A stretch of DNA of 64,000 bases from Daphnia carinata (taxonomy: Eukaryota): NCBI RefSeq assembly GCF_022539665.2, contig NC_081333.1, forward strand, positions 5,394,001-5,458,000, read 5' to 3'. The position numbers and the translations under genes were made by a program. Positions 28,649 to 41,679 of the stretch are shown piece by piece; the first letter of the stretch is position 1, and each line of letters begins with the position of its first letter. The notes below the pieces were generated by a model that saw only the letters and a program-made list of their open reading frames with translations, ran no database searches and was not told the origin of the DNA.

Positions 28649-31600
28649 GGAGGTCGGAGAAAAAGGCCCAGACGAAAAAGGCCCAGACGAAAAAGGCCCG
28701 CAAAAAAGGCCCAGACGAAAAAGGCCCAGACGAAAAAGGCCCACTTTTTTCCAAATTTAAAAGTGGGCCTTTTTCTCCATTGGACTGGGCCTTTTTCTCT
28801 GTTTAATTTCCATGTTCCTACAAACTTTATATTTGTTTCCAAAATATATTTCCAACCTCCTATTCCGTGGAAAGTGGAATGTGCATAGGTTGCTGAAACC
28901 GTTACCTTCTATAAGGTTTGCCGAGATCAAACAATGTTAGCGTATGTACGCTAGTTAACCTTTGATTATTTATTCGTTAGCAATCTGATTTCGGATTATG
29001 TTAGTATTTATATATTGCTTATATCCCATTTAATAAAGTTCATTTTTCACAATTTTGGTTTATTGAACTACTATCGCTTTTTTAAATATAATACAAGAAA
29101 TAAATGTTTTTCGCACTTAGCCTTGTTCTGTCCACCCTCTTTCATTATTCCCCCAACCCCCAGTCCATCTCCCTTATAACTTCTTTTTGTCGATACTTAT
29201 GACATAGGTAAAGACCACTGATTCGTTGTTAATACCGAAACTGAATGAGTTCCGCGGGGCTTTTGTGGTTGCTGGGGAAAAAGATATGTTAACACGAAGA
29301 CCTGTTTATTATTATTAACATTTTATAAATAATCTTTATAGGAATAATGTAACAAACTTAAACTATCATCTGAGGCAAGGACAAAAGAAAGAATATTGTA
29401 ATTCAAAATTGATTCTCATACCTTTTATTTCCTTATCAGATTTTCAATTCTTTTCACAATTACAAAGAGCCAAATAAATATATTAAAATCATAACCTACT
29501 GCTATAACTATGCCAGGCGGTGACTGCCAACTGTTATCTTGGAGCGCTTTTCACCAAAGCAATAAATAGTTGGAGCAAAACTGGAATATTCAATTTGCGT
29601 AGGAACGTCTATAAGTCAAATTTATAAAGTTAATGCGTGGCTTTTGTTAAACAGCAATCTTTTGTTAAAGAATAACCTCACCTTTAGCCCGAGAGAACCA
29701 TCTACGTCTCTGGTAAGAACTCGCGTTTTTCCAGCAATGATAAATGATTTTTTACGTTCTTCGTGTCTTGTTTTCCCCTTATGGACATTTTCAAGCGGCT
29801 TTTGGTTACCTTATTCACATCACATACTACAGTGAAATATAAGGAAGCTTTGCACTTGACGTTAACAAAGCTACTAACAATTACAAACCAATTTAGTTTA
29901 TTTTCTACCATGAAGGGCTTTTTTTATGTCTTTATTAGTGGAGACACTAATAAACCTTTTACAATGAATCTACGATTTTTTTTCTTCAAAATTTCCAAGA
30001 TCATGAAGCATGCCACTGTATTTTTTATAAAAATTTATTACGACATGGCTTGCACATGAAAGAACATGAGTTTAGCTCATCAATGAGTCGGTATCAGTAC
30101 TTCATACGATAAATTTTCCTTTTTTTGATTTGGTTTAATCACTTTATGTTCTTTCTTTTCAGTTTTCTTTTTCTTTATGTTGGCTTTTTTCTTTTTCTGT
30201 TGTCATTCTTTTCTCTTTACCTTTTCTTCGATGCGATCAGCCCAATTGTTTTTACTTTCTGATCTGTTTGTATCTCGTTTCTTTATTTATTTGTCAAGCA
30301 ATTCCACAAAGTCTTCTACCTATTGCAATACAGATAGGTTAAAAGTTTTGATGATCTTACAAATGTGTTTGTCAAATTGATAGTTTACTTGAAAACCTTC
30401 AGCTATTTGCAGATCACCATTTCATGCCTGTTTCTCTTAGTTTTTTTTTTCATTTTAATCGTTGCCACTTATGGATCTAAATTGGTCTTTTTCAGAATGG
30501 GTGAGGGATTTAATAGTTCTCCAAAATCAAATTTGTTGAAAACTGAATTTGAAATTTTTAAAAAAATGTAATTCTTGTATTACAAATTCAACAAAATTTA
30601 GTTACTTTTTTATTGTTCATGGTTTCCATCTGCTTATACTGCCCTCAAGTGGAGGCGTCCTGAAGCTGGATTTGGCTCGAAAATGTCGTTCTCTAAAGAA
30701 AATAACAAAAAGCTAGGTTCAGATAGTGTGATTTATGGAGTGATCAGTGATAATGTTGAGAGATCAAGGTAAATAATAATAAAGTTTAAAGGTTATAATA
30801 TGAGAGGCAGTTTTTGTAAATAGAAAAAGAGAAAACAAGAACTTGAAAGTGACGTCTAAACAAAATTTGTAGGAAATGAGGACCCGAAAAATCAAGAGCC
30901 TTATAAAACGCGAGGGTCCATTGACATCGTCGCTCTTAAAAAGCAACTCACTCCTGAAGACTTTTTCATTTCTAGCTTATTGACCAACATTCCAACTGAA
31001 AGTGTATCTACAGTTGACGATCTCAATAGCAATAAGGTTGGTGTTGAACAAGAAGAATGTCTAGCAGCTAACACCTCACACTTAACAGGTATGTGTTGAT
31101 CTTTACGTTAAAGGAAGACGGGCCAGCTTATTCCATCTATTTTCAGGGAAAAGGCTGGATTTGTCTGATAGGACAATGAAATCCAAACTTAAAAGGAGTT
31201 AGAAAAATTGCAGAAGAAGAAATTAAAAAAGAAAAATAACAAGAAGTGGTCCTGAATTGCCAAACTTGCACAAGCCACCGAGGCAGCATCAGTGTCATCA
31301 ACTTCTGATCCCACAGAGTTTGTCAAAACAGGTATTCCTGAACGAAGACCAACAGGTACACCGCTAACACAAAATTTCAACAGTGAAGGCTGCCTACTAT
31401 TCAGCAAATTTGATTTTGGAAAACTATCTAATTCCTCACCCATTCTGAATAAGACCACTTTAGATCCAGAAGTGGCAACGATTAAAATGAAAGAAAATAA
31501 AACTTAAACCAAAAATGAAAATCTTGGTAGGCCAAGCTGAAGTTGAAAATGCAAGAAGTATTGAAGAGAAACAGGCATGAAATGGTGCTCTGCAAATAGC

Positions 31601-33066
31601 TGAAGGTTTTCAGGTAAACTTTTAATTTGACAAAAATATTTGTAAGATCTTGAAAACTTTTAACCTTTCTGTATCGCAATAGGTAAAAGACTATGTGGAA
31701 TTGCTTGCCAAACCAATTAATGAACGAGATCAAATCAAATCAGAGAGTAACAAAAATTGCGCTGAACGAATCGAAGAAAAGGAAAAGAGAAGGGAATAAC
31801 AACAGAAAAGGAGAAAAGCCACCATTAAGGAAAAGAAAACTGAAAAGAAAGAACATAAAGTGAATAAACTAAAGAAAAAAGGCAAATTTATCGCATGAAA
31901 GACTGATACTGACTGATTGATCAGCTAAACTTGTGTTCTTTCATGTGCAGCCATGTCGTGATAGTTTTTTAGAAAAATACACTGATATGCCTTCCATGAT
32001 CGTGGAAAATTTGAAGAAAAAAAATCTTAGATTCAATTTAAAAGGTTTAGTGTCTTCATTAATAAGAGACTCTCAAAAAAAAATCCGTCGTAGTAGAAAA
32101 TTGATTTGTCATTATTAGTAGCTTTGCTAACGTAAAGTGTAAAGCTTCCTTATATCTCAATGTAGTATGTGATGTGTAATTAGGTAATCAATAGCTGCTT
32201 GAAAATGTACAAAAGGTGAAAACAGGACACGAAGAACGAACAAAATCATTTATAGCAGTAGGTTATGATTTTAATATATTTATTGGGCTCTTTGTAATTG
32301 TTAAAAGAATTGAAAATGTATAAAGAATAAATGGTATTAGAATCAATATTGAATTACAATAGTCTTTGTTTTGGTCCTTGCCTCAGACGATAGTTTAAGT
32401 TTGTACTATTATTCCTATAAACATTATTTATCAAATGTTAATAATAATAAACTAGTCTTCGTGGTAACATATTTTTGTTCCCAGCAACCACAAAAGCCCC
32501 GCGGAACTCATTCAGTTTCCGTATTCACAACGAATCAGTGGTCTTTACCTATGGCATAAGCATCGACAAAGGGAAGGGATAAGGGAAATTGACTGGGGGT
32601 TGGGGGGAATGATCAAAGATGGTGGACAGAACAAGGCTAAGTGCGGAAAACATGTATTTCTTCTATTATATTTAAAGAACCGATAGTTGTTCAATAAACA
32701 AAAATTGTGAAAAATGAACCTTATGTAACGGGATATTAGCAATAGATAAATACTAACATAATCCGAAATTAGATTACAACCGAATAAATAATCAAAGATT
32801 AACTAGCGTACAAACGCTAACATAGTTTGATCTCTGCAAACCTTATAGAAAATCACGGTTTCAGCAACCTTTGTACATTCCAAATTCCACGGAATAGGAG
32901 GTGGGAAATACAATTTTCGAAACAAATATAAAGTTTGTAGGAACATGGAAATTGAGCGGAGAAAAAGGCCCAGTCCAATGGAGAAAAAGGCCCACTTTTG
33001 AATTTGGAAAAAAGTGGGCCTTTTTCGTATGGGCCTTTTTCGTCTGGGCCTTTTTCTCCGCCAATC
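28649..33066. mobile_element. Foldback / Pack-MULE-like element with ~1.7-1.9 kb inverted arms
   Basis: TSD TTAACAAGT (9 bp, possibly 10) at 28640-48 / 33067-75 and terminal 15-bp repeats AAAAAGGCCCAGACG. Arms are ~28649-30540 and ~31399-33066. Excision restores the helicase frame (HSEESLVNHVFGD). Confidence 0.9.
30683..31898 (+). pseudogene. SURF6: Captured SURF6 (nucleolar, Rrp14-like) gene with introns and several stops; its 3' part is duplicated in antisense at ~30090-30540
   Basis: LFSKFDF...ARSIEEKQA*NGALQIAEGFQ/VKDYVELLAK...ERIEEKEK...KVNKLKKKGKFIA* matches the SURF6 C-terminal domain pattern (FSKFDF; W..AL..AEG.KVKD). Confidence 0.8.
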
Positions 33067-36066
33067 TTAACAAGTGACTCTTCTGAATGGCCATCAAGAA
33101 GGAAGTCCTGTGGTATCTCTATCCTATCCGGTCCTAGGCTTGCCGTTCTTAAATGAGTTGAATTTCCAAGTTGAATGAGCCAATTAGCGAATTTGAGACT
33201 GTCGGCCGAGGTTCGCATATTTCGAGTCAGACGAAGCTTGAAAATATCATTCCATGTCCTGCTGCTTTTAATGGTCGATTCAACAATTTTCACCCTGTTA
33301 CCGTGTTTAATGACGAAGGCACTGACGAAAATCTCCTCCCAACAACAGCACCTTACCACCAAAAGCGACTGACTTTTTCGTAACTTTTTGAAAAAGTTTA
33401 TCGATAGCGTCTAACGCATGCACGGTCATCATAGTGACCTTGTCAATGATGATAAGGCTGGCTTTCCTGATGTTGTTTGCTTCAACATGGTGCTCTTCTA
33501 TTTTTGACGTTGTTGTTTCCGTTATTGCAGGATAGATTTTGAATCGAAAATGGTCCATTACTCAATAAAATCGAAGCGATTCCAGTAGAAGCGACAGCAA
33601 TCACCGATTTTCCTTGTCCTTCAAGCACATTAATGAGCGTGTTGTAGAGGAAAGTTTTCCAGTTCCACCAGGTCCATCCAAAAAGAACTGATTGTTCACA
33701 GATGAATGACCGTGATCACTCACTCGGTCGAAAATCGCTTGTTGTTCCGTGTTCAGCTGGACAACCATTATTTCTCCTCTTCCTCTCTTCTGAGCACGCA
33801 CTTCATCCGAGCCTTCATCTTCTTTCTCTTCAATCAGCTGGTGGATTATTTGAAAATCAGGGACTGCCAATTGAAATTTTTCAAGATTGTGACCACTCTG
33901 CCTTAACATATCTTGAATACATTTGTGCGCAAGGTTTTCCGCAATTTCATCTTCATGGCCTCGTCTAGTGAAGTCTTCCATGAGATGTTGCAGGTTGTTG
34001 TTGAACAGTAATTGAGCGTTGGTCGGGGAGCAATCAACGCAAATGTTTACAAACAATTGCCTTGATTGGATGGGCATTTGAAATTCAACTGCTTCCGCCA
34101 TTACTCGTTCCCAAACGCTATCATCAGCCAGCAGGTTTCTTGCTATGGCAGCTTCTTTGAATGTTGGATGCAGTATCCCGTCGAAAATCCTCAAAAATTC
34201 GAATATGGTTGCACCAAGGACGTTGGTAAGAAGCAAACGAAGACTGTGCCTTTCGATTTGCTTGACGGAAACAGAATAAATGCGTCCAATAACGTTGATC
34301 CTCTTTTTTCTCGATCTCCATTTTCTTGCGGTCTTGTCAAACCAAAAATGATGAGGAATTTTGCGATAGAAGTAATATCTAGCTGGCGGATGAGTAGAAT
34401 TTAATTTAAACCAAGCAGTAAACGTAGTTAATTGTGAGGCAGAACGGATGGTAGCCTGTACTTCCAATCCCGGATGAAAAAAAAACGATTGTTCTTGAGG
34501 AAGATGAATAGCCAGACGAATAACAGCGTATGAACGGATACTTAAAAATCCTCCAAGTGGCTTCAGGGGCACTGACATATCTTGTGTCCAAGAACGTTGT
34601 TATTTCATCCCATAAAATACGTTCTTGACCTTCTTGATTTTCTCCTCTGTTTTTCTGTATATTTGCGCAGTAATGTTCTTTGTATATGTAGCCTACTTGA
34701 AAATATACTTGATGCTGGTTTTGGAAGCGCAAAACTCCAGATTAATGTGCGAGTTGAGTTTCAGTGAAAGGTAAGGGTTGTAGGGGACGACCCAGCTGTT
34801 ATGCACTCGGTGACTGCTGCTGTTGATGTTGAACGAGTGGCTGGGACCGTTATTTCTCCTTCGATAAGTGAGATATCCATTTCCGTTGATCACAGTTGAT
34901 TCCGCAAATGGTTTTGGAAAAGATTTTGTGCATACATCACCATCCATGCAAGGAGAATTGCGATTAACTACTTTTCCGCATGGGCCGTGAATCTTGTTGC
35001 TAATTACGATCTGTTGAAGTATCAGGTTCTCATCTGGATCCGGAATTTCAGCACATATCGTCTTGTCTATATCTTCTCCAGTTGTTGGGACGTCATTCTC
35101 ATCTACCCACATGAGTAGATGGACATGAGGAAGGCCACGCTTTCGGAATTCGATGACATGAATCCTCGCAACAATAATCCCCAAAATTTGACGTTCTTGA
35201 ATGTCCTATATTAATTCTTTCAGTTTAAGATGATAAACTCTTGAAACAATATCGGGCCTATTCGATGGAATTTGGTAAGCTTCAATGTTTTCTGTGATCT
35301 CTGGCCATTACGGGTTGCAGGTAAAAGTAAGGAAAAAGGTGGGCTTTCCCAATTTTCCGCAAATAGCCGTCGCGTCTTGGTACCCCTGTTTCATGGCCCT
35401 TGGACTTCCAATGAAAGATGATGGTAAAATGACCGATGTCCCGACTGCCATGTTCTCTTTTTCCGCTCGGGTATTCAAATAATCCATAAGTCCATTGTAC
35501 TGCGCGACGTGTAGATCTGCCTGATGTGTCTGAAGATACTTAACTCGGTTGGCTTCAACTTTATCGTACGAATCAACTATCCACTGCTGGGTGAGAGGAC
35601 CTCCGTATAAAGCTGCATTGAAGCATCCACGAATCGACATTCTACTGCTATAGAACTCGCATTGTGTAATTCTTGACCGACGACCAACTCTTTTCAATAC
35701 AGGTGTATCAGGGTCTATATCAAGGGTATCTTCCGGTTCCAGTTCCGGTTCTACAACGTCTGGTACAGGATTTTCTGGAGTGTTACATAGACCTTGAGCT
35801 TCACGATCCATCATATCATCTTCCTCTCCGCAATTGCCTTCATTGTTTTGGTTGTTAATTGAAATAGCTGGATTGGTGTGAATCATGTTTTGATCCCACC
35901 CATTGTCTCTAATAGGAAAGAGTAATGGATAGGTCATGGGATCGCATATTGGTTTTTGAGTGTCGATTTGGATGAATCGATTCCCTCTTCATGCAATCAA
36001 GAGATGGCCGCGTATATCTCTATTTTCGGGCAGAGCCCCATCAATGCTTTTGAAAACCACTGCTAT

Positions 36067-36352
36067 TGTTGCGGTTGGGCCGCATTAAGTTACAACAATG
36101 GCCGCAAGATGGATCCCTGGTACCTCGCCGGCCTGTCAAGCCTGACAGGGCAGTCGAGTCGGCGCCGGAGATCACGACGGTGGAAAAGGGAGCCCTACTT
36201 TTGGTCCGGTTGGCTACCCCTCATGTGCTAGCTCTGTGTAACCCCTAAGTGTTCCCTAAGTGTTAGCCCAACTGACATACAGCGTGAGAAACGGTAGTAT
36301 TGGCCATTTTTGGTTCGCGTTGTGGGTCGCACACCGCTCGGCCCCCACAACA
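36067..36352. mobile_element. Solo LTR (286 bp)
   Basis: TGTTG...CAACA ends and 4-bp TSD CTAT. Removal restores RYNSPTGEEI|AVVFK in RepHel. Confidence 0.85.
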
Positions 36353-38039
36353 CTATTTCTTCTCCAGTGGGGCTGTTGTAGCGCCTCTCATCCTGTGTCC
36401 GACGGTCATTATGGATAATCATTCCAATTTCCATTGGTCTTCTTACCCTCCATTTCGGCAAGAAGATCCTCCTCGGCTGCTATTTGACTCATATTCTTAT
36501 ACACAGCAGCATAGGGATTACATTAACGAAGAAGAGAATCCAACTGTTCCATCAAAAATGGTCACAGCGGATGTTGGCAGGATTACTGGCACAAAATTCG
36601 CTTGCCTGAGAAGAATCAATGAAGTACAGTTGGGCGTATTTTAGAGCAGGATGATGTAAATGGTCTTCGTGTTGATAACCAACAGTTGTTGCATCGTGAT
36701 ATATCTGTCCGTGACTTCGAAAGCAATAGGGGCCGCGACCTGGTGGGCTGTCGATTTGTGCTCCCATTGATGCGAAGGCAAGAGCATTGTTGTAATTTCT
36801 TATCATTTTCAAGAAATCGGAGATTTTGGATAACTGTTGGTAAAGATATGGTAAAGCAATTCGGGGCATTCTCTAGGTGGAGGAAGAATGACTTTTCCTT
36901 TTGAACAACAAATGCTGAATATTCGGTCAGACGTTTTCTCGCCTTTGAAATGTCTTACGCCACAGTAATGACAAATCTCGTCCATTTTTCCACAGTTATG
37001 AACGGGAAGCAAATCTTCGTTGTGGAATGGTTTCTGAGCAGCTTGGTGTGTTTTAGTTGCTCTATGACTTCGATTTTGTGCTAAATATTCAAATCGCTGT
37101 TGTCGCTCTTCTTCTGTTTCCACAATAACAATTTCTGCGTGGTGTTGAGCATCATTTGCTTGTTGTAGATTCAGCATTTCTTCTCTATCTTCCCCACTTT
37201 CTAAAAGAATCTCAGCCACCCTTGCTCTAGTCTCTTCCTGAAGTGGTTTTTTTCTTGTTCGTTTTTAACTCGTCTGTAATAATTATGTGCTGTCTGCTAG
37301 CTTCACGCCTTTCTGCAGTTTCATCTGTTGTTTCGTTAGAACGAACATATTCATGTCGTAATCTTTCTTTCGTGTATTATATTTCCCGTAATCTCTTCTC
37401 TCTATCTTCAGCAGTTTCTGCAGCTCTTTTTTCACGCATTTTAAGTTTTTCGGTTGCTTTTTGTTCTTCCGTGAGGGGAGGGCATTTTGGAGGCATTTTA
37501 CAAAAAGCAAAAATAACTTCAAATGGAACTTAAACTATAACATAAAAATCACATAAAACACTTATCATCACAAAGGAATAACATCGCACAGTACACAACA
37601 TATGACCATGAACACTTTTATGAAAACTGAAAGCACAGAAATAAATAACCTATTTATTTTTTTTATCAACCTGAAAACACCGCAATCAACCACTTCGTAT
37701 TAAACATGAAAAAACCTCGCAAAACAACTCAAACATTTGAATACGTCTGAATAAGAAACCGCAAGAAATACCTAAAGCACTATATACACCTTAATCAACT
37801 AATTTGTATTGAAAAGCATGCAAACGGAATACTACCTTTGCCTGGGAAACTTAGATCAGGGTCCTTCATAGTAGTTTTTAAGCGCCTGTTGATACAGTGG
37901 ACGGCCAATGGCTTCTGTAAACCAAAGTATAAATAAAATGAACATGTGTCTGTTGCTATACCTAAAAATATGTTATAATAAACACGATGGGTCATTCAAA
38001 ATTTTATAACGTTAAGAATGGTTCAATTAACAAAAAGCA

Positions 38040-38830
38040 AAGAATTCAACTTCTTAATAGAACGTTGAATGACAAATAAAAAACTGATTTAAATACATAA
38101 AAAAAATTACATATAAATAAACATTTGACTTTGTAAATGAAAGACAGTTTTATTAACATTTAGATGAAATAGTGTATATGAAACATATTTTAAAACCTTA
38201 AGTTTTTAAAAGGCAGTGAGATGCAATTTGAAAACGATATACCTTATTGTTGATAGACTGATCAATGACAAATAAAATACTTATTCAAAATTTATTTATA
38301 TGTAGATCAGCAGCATTTGACTTTGTAAAAACATATAACTTTACCAAAATTTAAATAAATTAGTCTTCATTAAAATTTAGAACCTTAACTTTCAAAATGG
38401 AAGATGAGAGAAAAGTTGAAAATGCTTTACCTTGTTAATAGAATGTTCCAAGAAAAAATTATTTATAAAGCAAAAATATATATATATGTACATAAAAAAA
38501 TGTGACTTTGAAAAGAACATATAACTTTAATAACACTTAAATAAAAAAGTATTTACTAAAATTTAAAACCTTAACATTTGAATAAACAAATCTTTATTAA
38601 AATTTAAAAACTTATCTTTCAAAATGGAACGGTGAGAGAAAAGTTGAAAACGCTATACCTTTTTAATTAAATATTGAAAGACAAATAATACACTAACTGA
38701 AATTGAATATATATGAATATAAATAAATTATGCCTATGTAAATAACATATGACTTTAATAACATTTAAATCAAATTGCTTTTCTCAGAATAAAAATATAT
38801 ATAACTTTCAAAAAAAGGAACGATTAGGGG
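38040..38830. repeat. Degenerate AT-rich tandem repeat (~180-230 bp units) in the Helitron 5' region
   Basis: Recurring blocks TGACTTTGTAAA..ACATATAACTTTA..AACCTTAACTTTCAAAATGGAA..GAAAAGTTGAAAA.GCT.TACCTT, about 4 copies. Confidence 0.65.
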
Positions 38831-40544
38831 AAAAATAGAATGAAAATAAATGATAACAACCGTAGCTTGAAAATAAAATTTTAACTAGAGGATTTGCATA
38901 TAAATAGACAACAGAAAAACATCCAAATGTGTAAATAGCATGTAACTGTATAAATATTAAAACATGACTTTCAAAACAGGAACGGTAAGGTCAATTCGAA
39001 AATGCAAGATGTGATTACAGATGTGATTACAGAAGATATACTTTCTTTTTCGATTGTGATATTTTTCTTTATATATAAATGCTTTCAATACTTCAGTTTG
39101 GTTGATAGGTTGCTTTGTTCTTCTGTTAACTTCAATATACATCTGTTTCCAATATTTGCCTGACCAGTCTCAGTTTTCCATACATATTAAGTTTTACACT
39201 TTCCATTAATTTATTACCAATCAATATTTTGAGGTTTTGAAGAGTAATGACCACCTTCTCATGTTAAACAAAAAAGGAAGAAACATAAAGTAGAATTCAG
39301 AAAGTTTACGTGGCAATTAAAAATGTTATTCACTTGAAATTTTACTGCCAAATGCCAAGCCAGTTCAAGGGAGAATGCCAAGCCAGTTCACCAGAAGCCA
39401 CGCTACTACACGTTTTTCTCAATACGCCATCTAGGTGAATGTAACAAAGGTCACGAACAACAATGACATATTCAAACTGGAAATCGTCTACCATGGCCAG
39501 CAGTAATTGTAGTTATTTCTTAAAAATTAATAATGATAATAATTTTTACGTTTTAGATTTAGATCTTACTATGGAAATAGAAGAGTCCATCATAGAGCTT
39601 CATTCATATGTCTCAACATGTTTTTCTTACAGAAGAGGAAGCAATGGAAGTGGAAAAAAAAGAGATGATGATATGGAGCTTAAACAAAACTGCAAGAATT
39701 GCAAGAAAAATTCAAAACCCTGAAGAAAAATGCTTTTCTCACCAAAGTTGCAGTTAATTTGTAAGTATTTTACTCTATACTATATATGGAAAATAGTTTA
39801 GAAGTGGTATCAGGCCAAATTTGTGAAAGTGCAGTCTTTCCTAATTTTTTTTACATGATGCTATTCAGTTTTGAATTTATAGCAGATGAAGAAAACTTTA
39901 AAAAATTTCCTCTCTATCCTCTTTTTATTAATAGATAAAAATATATTATAATAATAAAAATTTTACAAAAGACTGCGCTTTGAAACATATTACCTGACCA
40001 TTCCCATTTGAAAACAAATGAAGCATTAACTAACCTTATACTTTACCTTTCGGCAGTTCAGTAATTTTTATTTAGAATTAATGTATCGTTATCTTTATAG
40101 GGCGGAGAGGAATCATCAATTTGCGCACGATATGATGGTTGGGGCACGTAAAGCCCTTGCGAAAGCCAAGCAAGAAATGGCTAAAAACGGCCGTTAGTTT
40201 GCAATGAATAAAAATTTGAATTCCATTCAATAAACAATAAAAGCGTACTCATGATTTTAATTTAATTATTTTCTTATTCACAATGAATCAAAATGGTTTA
40301 TTATACAATCGGATTTAACTGTAGTCGGGTTATATTATAAGTTTCGGTCACACATGTAACAGGAAAATCAATTTCAAACTCTTTTCCACAATATCCGCAC
40401 CCGCAATTTAGATTCTCAAAAATAACACCATGCCGCCGATTCACTTCAGCCGGCGGCGTTTGCCCTCCAATCACATCAATAGCACAGCGTGACAGACAAA
40501 CAAACTCCTCCCCAAAATTTCCTTGTTGTTTTATATAGTATAGA

Positions 40545-41471
40545 TTCCTCTTGGAGAAGCTTGATTTCCGCTTTCATTTTTTCTATTTTGCTCGTGTCCG
40601 CTGAGATTGTTTACACAGGCGGAAAAACTGTTGGACGACGAACTACTGAGCTGTAGGATCCGCTGATGTGTGTGCGGGCCTCTTTAACTGTTATATTTTT
40701 GTCTATGGAGTATTTGATTAGGCCGGTTAGTACTTCATAAACTGGACAATTTTTAGACTCGGAGGCGTGCGAGAAACTGTTTGCAATTAATACCCTTTTG
40801 GATACAGGTGTCTGTGGGGTCATGAGTTACACCGCAGTTTTTACAGGAGCCACTGGGATTAGAGCAATAGTTTCTTGTGTGACCAAGACAAAAGCAAATG
40901 GTGCATTTGTAGGGAGAGGGGTAGTAGGTAAAAGCTGGGAAGCTAAGAGCGATAATGGTAATCCTGGCTGGGAGGGCTTTGTCGAACGTAAGGTGGACGG
41001 TCTCGGACGGTTCTTTGGAGCCAGCGTTGTTTCTGAAAAACCGCTGCGCTTTTAGTACCCCTTGGTATTTCAGTGCGTCGAGGAGATCTTCTTCCGATTC
41101 GGAGAGTGGGATTCTTTTTATGATGCCCTTTTTACTATTGAGAGAATTTGGGGGAGAAGCAATAATTGTTGGGCCTGCTATTTGGGTAAGTTGCAAAAGA
41201 GCTTGTTGTTGAGTGGTATCGATAGGGTAGACGAACAAGTTGCCTCCGCGGGGGCAGTCAGAGTGCCGGTCAGCTTCGTGATCTCCTGAACAATGGCTTT
41301 AATGGCTGCCATATCCATTTGTCGGAAGTTCGCCTTGCCATCGGTTACTTTGGGAATTACAGGGGGGAGGCTTACCGGAGGACGGCGGGGGTGGGCTATG
41401 CCGGGGAGGGGCCATTCTTCGTCGCTATTGTCTTGAAGGTGACTTTTTTGCGGCGGCTTAAGGTGGCTCAT
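40545..41471 (-). mobile_element. LINE ORF1 (gag-like, CCHC zinc knuckles), frameshifted; 5' piece of the split LINE
   Basis: KGIIKRIP..SEEDLLDALKYQGV...PYKCTICFCLGHTRNYC...CKNCGVTHDPTDTC. Same strand as ORF2 at 16-18.5 kb. Confidence 0.82.
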
Positions 41472-41679
41472 CTCGTGAGTCCGAAGATGGCTGTGATTCG
41501 AAATTAGGATTGTAGGTTGCCGGACCCCAGCTGGGTCTGGAGAGTGATGAGTTTCGGCAACTACACTGAATCACGAAGGAGGGAGGGCTATTAGGGTGTG
41601 GGGCGTTTTTTTTTTTTTTTTACTATATCCTTAGGTTATGTAATTTGCGAGAGAAGAGAGGCCAACATATTCCATTCAA

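Larger units (their letters stand above)
27927..37496 (-). pseudogene. Helitron Rep/PIF1-helicase gene, decayed and interrupted by two insertions
   Basis: CHYC..ICCSKGKV, YNNALAFASMG, YPLLFP, ILPSSFIGSPR, FLTFTCNP, EFRKRGLPHVH (HUH), FFLDGPGGTGK (Walker A), GGDFRQ, AILCPKN, and C-terminal NIVFKEALS*. Confidence 0.93.
27568..40544 (-). mobile_element. Helitron with both termini, inserted between A and T
   Basis: Minus-strand 5' end A|TCTATACTATATAAAAC at 40544. The 3' end has a GC hairpin CCGGCCCTGGGCGG followed after 11 nt by CTAG|T at 27568. It encodes RepHel. Confidence 0.9.

Noticed and set aside
41605..41621. Poly-T run as a LINE tail
   Set aside because: It lies at the 5' side of ORF1. 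The tail-like tract is at ~14806-14832, and no LINE TSD could be identified.
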